In this document: piece after piece, positions 9,415 through 17,921 of the stretch
How the letters are laid out: each line of letters begins with the position of its first letter
Position numbering within the stretch: the first letter of the stretch is position 1
Assembly (NCBI GenBank): GCA_030646955.1
Contig: JAUSKM010000015.1
Location: 285-64,284, forward strand
Origin: a bacterium
GTDB lineage: Bacteria > Patescibacteriota > Patescibacteriia > JACPHY01
Direction: 5' to 3'
Length of the DNA: 64,000 nt
The notes under the pieces: generated by a model
Databases searched by the model: none
Told to the model about the DNA's origin: nothing
The model's input: the letters and a program-made list of their open reading frames with translations, nothing else
Translations under genes and position numbers: made by a program

Positions 9415-9867
9415 TCAGTGTGCCTTCGGGTACGCGCAGTTTACCATCCACTGCACCCCGAACCGATCCCGAACACTCCCGTAGTAGTCACCCCATGGCT
9501 GGTCTGCAATATCCATCTCCACCGTGCCGCCGTCTGCAAGCGCATGGAAGATGCGATCCGCCTCCTCCTTGCTGTCGGGATGAATGGAAATGTACGCGTT
9601 ATTTCCCTGCACCAACTTCTGCCCAAGCGACGGCAGCGTGTCCGAAGCCATGAGCTTATCGTCGCCAACTGGAAGGCAAATGTGCATCATCCCGTTCTCC
9701 TCCTCTTTGGGAATGTGTACGCCTTCCATCGGCATGTCCTTGAACCGCACCCTGGAGCTGAACTCCCCGCCAAAGATGGAACGGTAAAACGTGAACGCCT
9801 CCTCTGCATTCCCGGCAAAGTTGAGATACGTGTTGAGTTTTATATTCTCCATTTTTCCATCTGTCAT
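9415..9867 (-). CDS. VOC-superfamily protein, PhnB-like (3-demethylubiquinone-9 3-methyltransferase-like domain)
   Basis: MTDGKMENIKLNTYLNFAGNAEEAFTFYRSIFGGEF...MHICLPVGDDKLMASD...DRFGVQWMVN matches PhnB/glyoxalase-like proteins. The start codon overlaps the first bases of the repeat element. Confidence 0.6.
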   Translation of the reverse strand: MTDGKMENIKLNTYLNFAGNAEEAFTFYRSIFGGEFSSRVRFKDMPMEGVHIPKEEENGMMHICLPVGDDKLMASDTLPSLGQKLVQGNNAYISIHPDSKEEADRIFHALADGGTVEMDIADQPWGDYYGSVRDRFGVQWMVNCAYPKAH

Positions 9868-9947
9868 TTCGAACGCAGCGAGAAATCTCACACGATCCAA
9901 TAACTGCCGACACGCGAGATTGCTTCGCGGACTCGCAATGACAGTAC
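9864..9947. repeat. MITE-like palindromic elements (two modules)
   Basis: gtcatttcgaacgcagcgagaaatctcacacg ... gcgagattgcttcgcggactcgcaatgacag. Confidence 0.65.
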
Positions 9948-9977
9948 GTATGTGATGCCGTGAAATTGCAATCGTTA

Positions 9978-11294
9978 TCATCCTTCGTACGCCCGCTGCA
10001 GCTGCTCCACATCAAACTTCTTCATCGCGAGAAATGCCTTCGTCACACGCGCACGACGTTCTGGATCCTCATCGCGCATCATCGCGTCCATTGCCGTGGG
10101 CACGATCTGCCAGGAAACGCCGTACGTGTCCTTGAGCCATCCGCATTGCTCTGCTTCCGGCACGGCAGAGAGCCGCTCCCAAAAATAATCGATCTCCGCC
10201 TGCGTATCGCACCGTATCAGGAACGAGAATGCCTCATTGAACGTAAACGCATGCTTATGCGCGCTGTCCATCGCTATAAACTGCTGCCCTACCAACGCAA
10301 ACTCTCCGTACATCACCGTCCCCTCCTTATCCGGCGCAGCATTCGCACCGTACCTACTCATATCGCCCACCTTCGCATCGCGAAATACTGACGCATAGAA
10401 CCGCATCGCTTCCTCTGCTTTCCCGCACCGCTCTCCAACGAACAGAAGCGATGGGGTGATGCGCTGGATACTCTTGCGACCGTCCATGCATATGAGCTGC
10501 CACGAGAGGCCATACCGGTCTTGCACCCATCCGTACCGCGTACTGAACGGATATGCACCAAGCTCCATCAGTACTTTCCCGCCATCCGCAAGCTGCTCCC
10601 AGAGCGCGTCCACCTCCGCAGGCGTTGCGCACGCGACCATGAATGAGATTGCCGGAGTAAATTGGAAGTACGGCCCTGCGCTGATGCACATGAACTCCTG
10701 CCCCGAGAGCACAAAGGACACAACATCTACCGCGCCAGAAGGCGTCCCCTGCAACGTAGTTACATACTCCACGCGCGAATCCGGAAAAAGCGACGTGTAA
10801 AATTCCGCCGCCTCTCGCGCCTCCTTGTCGTACCAAAGGTGAGGCACAATTTTTTGCATAGTGGCAACCTCCACCGTGCCGCGCTCGACGTACCGCTTGA
10901 AATTGGTGAGGATCGCCTGCCAACCATCCCGCTGCATCTGCTCCGGATTCAGCGACTCCGGATCAAACGTCTCGGTCACGTATACGTGCTCCAGCATCTG
11001 CGTGAACGTCACGCGCACATGCCGACCGTCATCCATGTCGTACTCGATCAATGCATACTTGCGAACGGCAGCATGCGTTCCCGAAAAATCAAACCTTGCG
11101 CTGCCATCCTTTGCAGCCATCACCGTCGTAAATCGTCCACCCACACGTACATCATTCTCCGCCGACGGCGCCTCCTACTCATCCGACGCAAACGCCCAGC
11201 CGACAATGTGCTCCGACTGCGTAAAACACTCCCACACCCTCGCCATGGGAGCGCGCACATCCACGTCCACTGTGATTGGCTGTTGTTTGTTCAT
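9978..11294 (-). pseudogene. SRPBCC (AHSA1-like) + tandem PhnB/VOC-domain protein interrupted by an in-frame TAG at a conserved Trp position
   Basis: [76 protein letters not shown]... is in a single frame (RC of cta at 11175-11177). Homologues read ...FASDDWHAPYAENDLRVGG..., so TGG is replaced by TAG here. Confidence 0.55.
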
Positions 11295-11541
11295 GTGATT
11301 CTTCACTGTAGCAGCGCCATGATGACCTTTTCGTGAATTGAATTCATCCGACCATGTCAGCGTACCACAACGCAAAACGCCCCTGCTTTCGCTCATAATA
11401 CTCTTCCCTCGCAGAGCAACGAAAAACCTACCGCCATCAATGCATACGCAGGAACACCACGTGCACTGTACTGCATGTATACAAGGAAAGACCGCCCCAC
11501 GAAGGGCGGCCTTGTACCAACAACGGAGCACCGTACGTCGC

Positions 11542-12378
11542 TCAATCACCTGAGAGAAACTCGGCCCATGCCGCACACTCCTCGAGGTCGTCGGTATCGA
11601 TGAGGCGGTCGCAATCGTTGTCGACGTGATCATTGCACACCTCTTCATTGCACGCGGGATCGCAGGTGAGCAACGCTACAGGAGCATCACACTCCCAAAA
11701 CCCCTCCTGCAACAATCCGTCGTTCTCCCATATGCAGATCACGCCGATCCAATCACCGTCGTCCGTCACCCCGTCGCAGTCGTTGTCGACGCCATCGCAG
11801 ATTTCCATGGGACATGCTGCGGTCGAATCGAACACACAATCGCCATCATCCCAATCCACCATGCCATCGCAGTCGTTGTCGGCACGATCATGACACAACT
11901 CGACATTCTCCTCACAGGACGGACCTCCAGCGATAGGGAGCCCGCATGAGAGCGTTGTGTGTGGCACGCCCTCTGTACCGGGAGCCCCGCACGTACGCAG
12001 GCCTGCATTCACTGCATCCCAGTACTCCATGTAACACGCCTGCTCTTCCCAAGGACCATTGTCCGTGATACCGTCGCAGTCGTTATCGATACTATCGCAG
12101 CGCTCCTCAGAGCACTCGGTCGCGTCATCGCCGGAATCATCATCCGCGCTGACGGCATCATCGTCGGATGTGTCGCCGTCGTCGTTTGCGGTTGCTTGGG
12201 AGTCATCGTCGGTGATGACTCCATCGTCGTCCGCTGCCATCGTATCGTCATCGACGGAAGTTGCGACGCTATCATCGTCTCCAACCGGAAAACTTCCTTC
12301 CGGCATATCGCTCCCGCACGCCTGCACTGCCGTTATGAGCGCCGTGATCATGGAAAGAACCAACCATACGGTACGCAT
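11542..12378 (-). CDS. Secreted Cys/Asp-rich repeat protein (DNDCDG 'putative metal-binding' type repeats)
   Basis: Signal peptide MRTVWLVLSMITALITAVQAC. At least four repeats of C-x-D-x-DNDCDG-x-x-D(W) (CDSIDNDCDGITDNG, ADNDCDGMVDWDDGDC, CDGVDNDCDGVTDDGDW, VDNDCDRLIDTDD). Acidic low-complexity N-terminal region. Confidence 0.55.
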   Translation of the reverse strand: MRTVWLVLSMITALITAVQACGSDMPEGSFPVGDDDSVATSVDDDTMAADDDGVITDDDSQATANDDGDTSDDDAVSADDDSGDDATECSEERCDSIDNDCDGITDNGPWEEQACYMEYWDAVNAGLRTCGAPGTEGVPHTTLSCGLPIAGGPSCEENVELCHDRADNDCDGMVDWDDGDCVFDSTAACPMEICDGVDNDCDGVTDDGDWIGVICIWENDGLLQEGFWECDAPVALLTCDPACNEEVCNDHVDNDCDRLIDTDDLEECAAWAEFLSGD

Positions 12379-12591
12379 CCGCACCTCCTTCTTTGTTCCC
12401 CGCAAATATACATCCAAGCAGCCTCTCCGTCAAGTTCCCCAAAATATATTCACCAAAAAGCTAATCGTTCGACGTGTTTCCACGGATGTCAAAAACCCCA
12501 CCGAAGCAGCGAGGCCATTGACATCTCCGCATCGTGAACAATGCTAGAGCCGCGGTACAGGAACATCGATAATACATCCGACTCCCCACAA

Positions 12592-13260
12592 CTAAAACTT
12601 CCTGACCTTCATGATGCAAGCATCGTCCACGCCTCCCTTTGCGCTCGCATACATCGCGTAGAGAAAGGCATCTCGGTCGATTGCATGTTGGCCGCCGAAT
12701 TCCTCACCCCAATCGGGGTCGTTGACGTAGACATTCTCTTGATCGATGCCGGTCACGACATTGAAATGAATGCTGAATCTTGGCGGGAGGTCAGTATTGT
12801 GAAGAAACCAATGTGTGAGAGGAATAAATACGGGCCGCTCTTCGTTTACTTCCACTTCGATATCACTCATGAGCGGAACCCGCGGCGTGATAGTGCCGCC
12901 TGCATCCACAAATTGAAGAAAGTGATCGAGAGCGATCGGATCACATTCTCCTTTCATGAGCGGTTTGAGCGACCAGAGATACCTCTTGAGCTCATCCGTA
13001 TTCTTGAACGATGAAAAGAGCGAAAAAAGGGATGGGTGCATCGTAATAATCTCGACCGAAAAACCTCGCTTAAGCAAGTACGTTCCGACTTGCGGGGTAA
13101 CTGTCCCCCACGAGTACGTTCCGAGTTCCTTTTTCATCTCATCAAAGGAAAACGACACCTTGTAGTACGCAAGCAACATCGCAAGACATGCGGGACCACA
13201 ATCGCTGGATCCTTCAGCTTGTCGAACAAGAGGAACAGATAGTTTCGTCATACTACCCAC
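12592..13260 (-). CDS. Papain-fold peptidase C39-like domain protein
   Basis: QAEGSSDCGPACLAMLLAYYKVSF matches the C39 Q...CG.ACL.M..YY(G) catalytic Cys motif. A downstream H/D pair is present (HFNVVTGID...NDPDWG). GC content is about 45-50%. Confidence 0.55.
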   Translation of the reverse strand: MGSMTKLSVPLVRQAEGSSDCGPACLAMLLAYYKVSFSFDEMKKELGTYSWGTVTPQVGTYLLKRGFSVEIITMHPSLFSLFSSFKNTDELKRYLWSLKPLMKGECDPIALDHFLQFVDAGGTITPRVPLMSDIEVEVNEERPVFIPLTHWFLHNTDLPPRFSIHFNVVTGIDQENVYVNDPDWGEEFGGQHAIDRDAFLYAMYASAKGGVDDACIMKVRKF

Positions 13261-13417
13261 AGTCTACCAGTTCGAATCCCATCACGGGAGCAAACAAAAC
13301 CCCAGCATTGCTGCTGAGGATTTGTTGGCTCGGGCTCGTGGACCTTGATCGTCTTAACGGGTCAATTGCTCATTGGATTTCGAGAGGGCACGACTGACCA
13401 GAAATAATTAGGAAATC

Positions 13418-14095
13418 TCAAGGCAGATTGGACTCCCCCACTGCGACCAGCTTTCCATCCCGAAGATACACATGCAATGTCCAGTCTCGATGATCTTCCC
13501 AGGGGGCATAGGTTAGCACGGTGTAGCCATCGGACGCACTCGTTTTCACTGGTTCACCAAACGCTCGAAAAACAGTCACCGTATCGATTCCGACAACCTC
13601 CCCATGCGAACGCGGATCGGTAAACTTAATGAGTCGGGCACTCTTTTCATGCTGATTAGCCCGCTCTCGAAGATACTCCTTGGCATGGGAGCCACTCATC
13701 CAATACGCACGCTCCCAAAATGGAACCTGAATATGCTTTGTGACCTGTTCCCCACCTCGTCGAAGCGGATTGTCATCAATCTGTAAACGAAACTCTCGCA
13801 ACCATGGCGTCCAAACGACCATCCAAATAGTGAGCACGAACACAACGAATGCGGACGGGAGATACACAATCGCGACCGTTTTCGGCACCCGCTTCTTCAC
13901 CGTGAAAACCATGACCATGGTGAAGATGGCAACCGCGAGAATAACAGACAGCACAAGCATACCAACCTCAAACCCCACACCTCGACCCTCGAGTGCAGAA
14001 CTCCACCCCGCAAGAAAAGCACACGCGACCATGAAACCCGAGAATGCCGCCAGGAAAACCATGCAAACGCTCAACAAGTTTGGTTTTTTCATCAT
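13418..14095 (-). CDS. Hypothetical membrane protein (3 TM helices)
   Basis: 225 aa. N-terminal half has three long hydrophobic helices, followed by a soluble C-terminal domain. Low-GC DNA. Confidence 0.5.
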   Translation of the reverse strand: MMKKPNLLSVCMVFLAAFSGFMVACAFLAGWSSALEGRGVGFEVGMLVLSVILAVAIFTMVMVFTVKKRVPKTVAIVYLPSAFVVFVLTIWMVVWTPWLREFRLQIDDNPLRRGGEQVTKHIQVPFWERAYWMSGSHAKEYLRERANQHEKSARLIKFTDPRSHGEVVGIDTVTVFRAFGEPVKTSASDGYTVLTYAPWEDHRDWTLHVYLRDGKLVAVGESNLP

Positions 14096-14214
14096 AGCTT
14101 CGTGATACCTACCAAGAGGACGAAATGCTCAAGAATCGCAACGCTTCATCTTGACCGTTGTGCTCCCAAGTGTACCAAAAGTAATCGGACCACCCAAGGG
14201 TGATCCGATTACTT

Positions 14215-14285
14215 CTCGGGGACCTGGATTCGAACCAAGATAAACGGATTCAGAGTCCGTTGTCCTACCATTAGACGATCCCCGA
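14215..14285 (-). tRNA. tRNA-Gln (anticodon CUG)
   Basis: RC is TCGGGGATCGTCTAATGGTAGGACAACGGACTCTGAATCCGTTTATCTTGGTTCGAATCCAGGTCCCCGAG. It folds as a cloverleaf with acceptor TCGGGGA/TCCCCGA, anticodon loop CTCTGAA and T-loop TTCGAAT. Confidence 0.6.
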
Positions 14286-14368
14286 CTACGCAGCAGCATA
14301 CACCACATCTTCAAGCAAAACCGTACCACGACCAGTTTCTTCTGACAAGCAACCCCATCAGACGCGCA

Positions 14369-16171
14369 CTACTCCATAATGGGCGCGGCTGCGGTGCCTC
14401 GTGCCGGTTCGCTCGCTGCGATGACGCGGGAAGAAGCGAACACCTCCAGGGCGGCGTCAACGGTGGTGTCGCCGGTGGCGGGGCGGCAGGCGCGGTCGAG
14501 CTCTTCAAAGTGCTCCACCGCAATCGCGACGGGATCCAGGTGGAGGGGCGTGCCGACGATGCGTGCGATGGCGCTGGTGAGCGGCTCTATGATGCCGGGC
14601 TGCCGCACTTTCTCCGCGTGGAGCTTGTAGCGGAAGCCGATGGTGAGCGTCCCGTCTGCAATGCGTTGCGGGCGACCGCCTTCCAGGAGGTACGGGATGG
14701 AGCGGTTGACGTCCGCGAGATCGCGGATGATGTGGTGCCATTGTTGCTGGACTTTCGAGAGCGCCTCGGTGGCGCTCTGGATGACGGTGGATGTTGGAAG
14801 TTGCTCCCTCCTCCCGGCGGAAGGGGGAGGAATAAAACGCACCCCCTCTGACTCCCCCTCTTGAAGAGGGGGAGGAACCGGATCGGATGTATCTGTTACC
14901 GTCGTTGGGAGTTTGATGCTTGCAGGGGTACGAGCGCGCGAGGCGTGTTGGGGGGTACGGGCTGCACCGCCGGTGGTGGCGGGTGGAGCATCGTCGTCAT
15001 TGCTCCGCGATGCGTCTCGCTGAGACGAGGCGAGCTGCGCGGGATTCATTTTGCCTGGTGATGCGCTCGCTGCGGGCGCTGCGGGAACGAATGGGGAGCG
15101 CGCGAGGAGCGTAAGGACGGCAACCTCGAGGAGGAAGAACGGACGGTCTGCACGACCGATGCGATCCAGGAGTTCCGTGAACATGCGAAGCGCGAACACC
15201 TGTGCCGTCGCAACGGCACCTTGCTGGGCGGCAGCGCGTGCGGCGCTGCGCAGCTCGTTGATGATGTCGCGACAAAACGCATCCGCATCGCATCCCTCGG
15301 CTGATGCAGCATCGAGCGTGGCCAGGGCCAATGCGGTGTCGCCGGCACCAACCGCGCGAAGCAGCGTCTGGACATGCACCATGTTTGATTGCGGGAGCAC
15401 GAGCGCGGCAACATCGGCCGTCACTCGCTTCCCGCCCACCGCCATGAGCTGCCCCAACAGGGATTCTGCGTCACGCACGGAGCCGTCTGCCGCGCGGACT
15501 ACCTGCGCGAGCACCTCGTCATCCACGGCAACATCCTCTACCCCTGCAAGCATCCGGAGCCGCTCCGTGAGCGTCCCATCCCCCACGCGCCGGAACGTAA
15601 AATGCTGGCACCGTGACGTGATCGTCTCCGGCACCTTCTGCATTTCCGTTGTCGCAAGGATGAAGTGGACGTGCTCTGGCGGCTCCTCCAGCGTCTTGAG
15701 GAGCGCATTAAAGGACGCCGTCGAGAGCATGTGCACCTCGTCAATGATGTACACCTTCTTTGCTGCAACTGCGGGGGCGATACGCACCGCCTCGATGATG
15801 TACTCACGCACCTTCTCCACCTGCGTGTTGGATGCCGCATCAATCTCCACGACATCCATGCAACGTCCTGCGGTAATTTCCTCGCACCGGATGCAGGCGT
15901 TACAAGGCACGGGAAGTGTTTGCTTCGACCGGTGCTTCGCGCGAGTTTCTTCGTCGCTCCGCTCCTCGGAATGACGAGGAGCGAGGCAATTCACCGCCTT
16001 CGCCAGGAGCCGCGCGGTGGTGGTCTTTCCAACGCCGCGCGGACCGGAGAAAAGGTACGCATGCGCAACACGACCCGCCGCGATAGCCGCGACGAGCGTG
16101 CGCGTGACATGCTCCTGCCCCACGACGTCCTCAAACGTCTGCGGGCGATGCTTACGATACAGTACGGGCAT
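14369..16171 (-). CDS. dnaX: DNA polymerase III subunit gamma/tau
   Basis: MPVLYRKHRPQTFEDVVGQEHV...FSGPRGVGKTTTARLLAKAVNC...EIDAASNTQVE. Long A/P-rich C-terminal region. Contains two in-frame repeat insertions (15950 and 14803). Confidence 0.9.
   Translation of the reverse strand: MPVLYRKHRPQTFEDVVGQEHVTRTLVAAIAAGRVAHAYLFSGPRGVGKTTTARLLAKAVNCLAPRHSEERSDEETRAKHRSKQTLPVPCNACIRCEEITAGRCMDVVEIDAASNTQVEKVREYIIEAVRIAPAVAAKKVYIIDEVHMLSTASFNALLKTLEEPPEHVHFILATTEMQKVPETITSRCQHFTFRRVGDGTLTERLRMLAGVEDVAVDDEVLAQVVRAADGSVRDAESLLGQLMAVGGKRVTADVAALVLPQSNMVHVQTLLRAVGAGDTALALATLDAASAEGCDADAFCRDIINELRSAARAAAQQGAVATAQVFALRMFTELLDRIGRADRPFFLLEVAVLTLLARSPFVPAAPAASASPGKMNPAQLASSQRDASRSNDDDAPPATTGGAARTPQHASRARTPASIKLPTTVTDTSDPVPPPLQEGESEGVRFIPPPSAGRREQLPTSTVIQSATEALSKVQQQWHHIIRDLADVNRSIPYLLEGGRPQRIADGTLTIGFRYKLHAEKVRQPGIIEPLTSAIARIVGTPLHLDPVAIAVEHFEELDRACRPATGDTTVDAALEVFASSRVIAASEPARGTAAAPIME
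14803..14878. repeat. Pair of GC-rich hairpins inside dnaX linker region
   Basis: ctccctcctcccggcggaagggggagg and ccccctcttgaagagggggagg. They encode ...DPVPPPLQEGESEGVRFIPPPSAGRRE.... Confidence 0.55.
15950..15992. repeat. MITE-like element module inserted in-frame in dnaX AAA+ domain
   Basis: ttcgtcgctccgctcctcggaatgacgaggagcgaggcaattc. It encodes APRHSEERSDEETRAKHRS between the conserved AKAVNC and PCNACIRC segments (E. coli has NCETGITATPCGVCDNC). Confidence 0.6.
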
Positions 16172-16198
16172 ACGCTGCCGGAAGCGAACAACCACCAA

Positions 16199-16969
16199 CT
16201 ATCCCCTGATGATGTTCTCCACTGCCGCCCAGGTGGAGGGAGCGTCTTTGGGGACGAGGACGACAACTTCGTCGCCGGGCTCGCCGTGGTAGTAGGTCAC
16301 CGACGCGCGAAGGATGCGGAAGCGCTTGTACTCCGTGGTGGGGAGATCACTCCCCTCTGCGATCGCGCGCGCAATACCGCTGCGCTCGCCGTCCGCATCC
16401 GGCACAATCACGACGTACTCTCCACTCACGTCATCGCGCTCCAGCACGCCGACGCGACGATCGCGCGCGATCGGGCCGATCTGCTTGTACACGAACGCGC
16501 CGCGCTGGGTGATGCGGAGCTTCAAGATGTCGCCTTCCACGAGCTTGGACTTTGATGCGTAGTTCGACGGAACGCTGTATTGCTTTCCGTCCGGACCCAC
16601 CATGTGCTGCCCATCGAACACACCTTCAATGACGCGCGCCGCATCGGTGTCGGGATTCGCGCCGCTGCTCAGCATGGGATCAAGCGGTCGAACATGCGCC
16701 ATAGTTTTTGGCATTGCTGCCCCTCCTCCAGCAGTCGCCATTGCCATCACGGGAACATTGGCAACCTCACGATCCATGAGCATGAGGAGCTGACGGATGT
16801 GCGTATCCAGCTCCCGAAGTTTTTCGCGAATCACCTCCATGGAATCTGATGTCGCGACTCCCGACGGAACCTGGAGCGCCGGGAACAGCTCTGACGGATC
16901 AAACTCCGCACCCTCGAATGACGCATCCATGGAATCGAACGGAAACGATGGCATGTTTTGGTTTTCCAT
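16199..16969 (-). CDS. Hypothetical protein, likely co-transcribed upstream of dnaX
   Basis: Only the C-terminal 256 codons of track ORF 16199..18082 look protein-like (MENQNMPSFPFDSMD...KLVEGDILKLRITQRGAFVYKQIGP...). The upstream 370 codons are R/S/A-rich and judged non-coding. Confidence 0.5.
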   Translation of the reverse strand: MENQNMPSFPFDSMDASFEGAEFDPSELFPALQVPSGVATSDSMEVIREKLRELDTHIRQLLMLMDREVANVPVMAMATAGGGAAMPKTMAHVRPLDPMLSSGANPDTDAARVIEGVFDGQHMVGPDGKQYSVPSNYASKSKLVEGDILKLRITQRGAFVYKQIGPIARDRRVGVLERDDVSGEYVVIVPDADGERSGIARAIAEGSDLPTTEYKRFRILRASVTYYHGEPGDEVVVLVPKDAPSTWAAVENIIRG

Positions 16970-17090
16970 GCAGAAATATTTATGAACGCATACACCCAGC
17001 ATACGTCGCACGGAGCGCGTGCGCAATGGTGGAAAAACGGTGGAGGAAACGGGCGTAGGATGAACATTCCATGAGCACGCCGAGGGGGCC

Positions 17091-17858
17091 TTGACAGCAT
17101 GCAGTAGCCCATGGTACGGTGCGGGCACGCTCTTTGGCAACATGCCGGTGAGTGATCGGGAGGAAATGGACATGCAAGAAGGACATGAACGGGGGGGTGA
17201 TGACACGATCGTCGAGCGGGCGTACGCGATGCGACGAGATGGGCAGCTCCTGCAGGCGCAACGGCTCCTGGAGGATGCGGCGAAACGGTATCCGCGCTCG
17301 CCACGCGTCGCGCTTGCACAATCGGACACAGCGATCCAGCTCAACCAGTTCGCCGTCGCCCTCCGCGCAGCACGGCGCGGCATCGCGACGAATCGCGATG
17401 CCGAGCGCGCGGAATGGCACCTCGCGCTCCTCATCAATGCAGGCACCGCCGCACGCGTCCTCCAACGGTTCGACGAGGCGCAGGAGTTCTTGGATACCGC
17501 ATTCCGGATCGAGGAGCACCACCCGCTGGTCAACCTCCAGCTTGCGAGCATCGCGGAGCAGACGCGACGCCCAGAGGAGGCCGCGCGATTTGCGCTCCGA
17601 GCAATCGCAAACGCGAGGAAGCTCCCCGACAGCGAACGACGCATCCTGCTTGGCGCATCCGCCATCCTCAACGCGGAGACGGTCGCGCCACGTGCGACAC
17701 GCACGCAACGCGCCGTCGCCGCCGCCGTCCGCATCATCTGCGGCGATGCCGCACTCATTGTGCGACGCCAACGTCTGCTCCGCCTCTTCGACCTGCAGCT
17801 CACGCCGATAGAGCGGCGTGCGGCAGGAACGCTCACGCACCTCCTCGGCAGTGCGTGA
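17091..17858 (+). CDS. Hypothetical TPR-like helical repeat protein
   Basis: 255-aa ORF with helical repeats (AYAMRRDGQLLQAQRLLEDAAKRYPRSPRVALAQSDTAIQLNQFAVAL...). It is preferred over the antisense ORF 16980..17909, which is C/R-rich. Confidence 0.45.
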   Translation: MTACSSPWYGAGTLFGNMPVSDREEMDMQEGHERGGDDTIVERAYAMRRDGQLLQAQRLLEDAAKRYPRSPRVALAQSDTAIQLNQFAVALRAARRGIATNRDAERAEWHLALLINAGTAARVLQRFDEAQEFLDTAFRIEEHHPLVNLQLASIAEQTRRPEEAARFALRAIANARKLPDSERRILLGASAILNAETVAPRATRTQRAVAAAVRIICGDAALIVRRQRLLRLFDLQLTPIERRAAGTLTHLLGSA

Positions 17859-17921
17859 CGCGCACATCGGAACGACAAGCCCCGCACCAATGGTGCGGGG
17901 CGATTCCATTGCCGATGCGTG

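Noticed and set aside
11295-11648. Upstream extension of ORF 11175..11648 (MKRCAMITSTT...)
   Set aside because: Shows no similarity to the SRPBCC family and has odd C/R-rich composition. The family-conserved N-terminus begins at MNKQQPITV.
13300-13400. Possible additional tRNA or ncRNA in the low-GC spacer 13261-13417
   Set aside because: No cloverleaf with acceptor/T-arm complementarity could be folded by eye. Left unannotated.
16980-17909. Minus-strand 309-aa ORF overlapping the TPR gene
   Set aside because: Cys/Arg-rich translation lacking secondary-structure-like periodicity. The plus-strand ORF has coherent helical-repeat composition.
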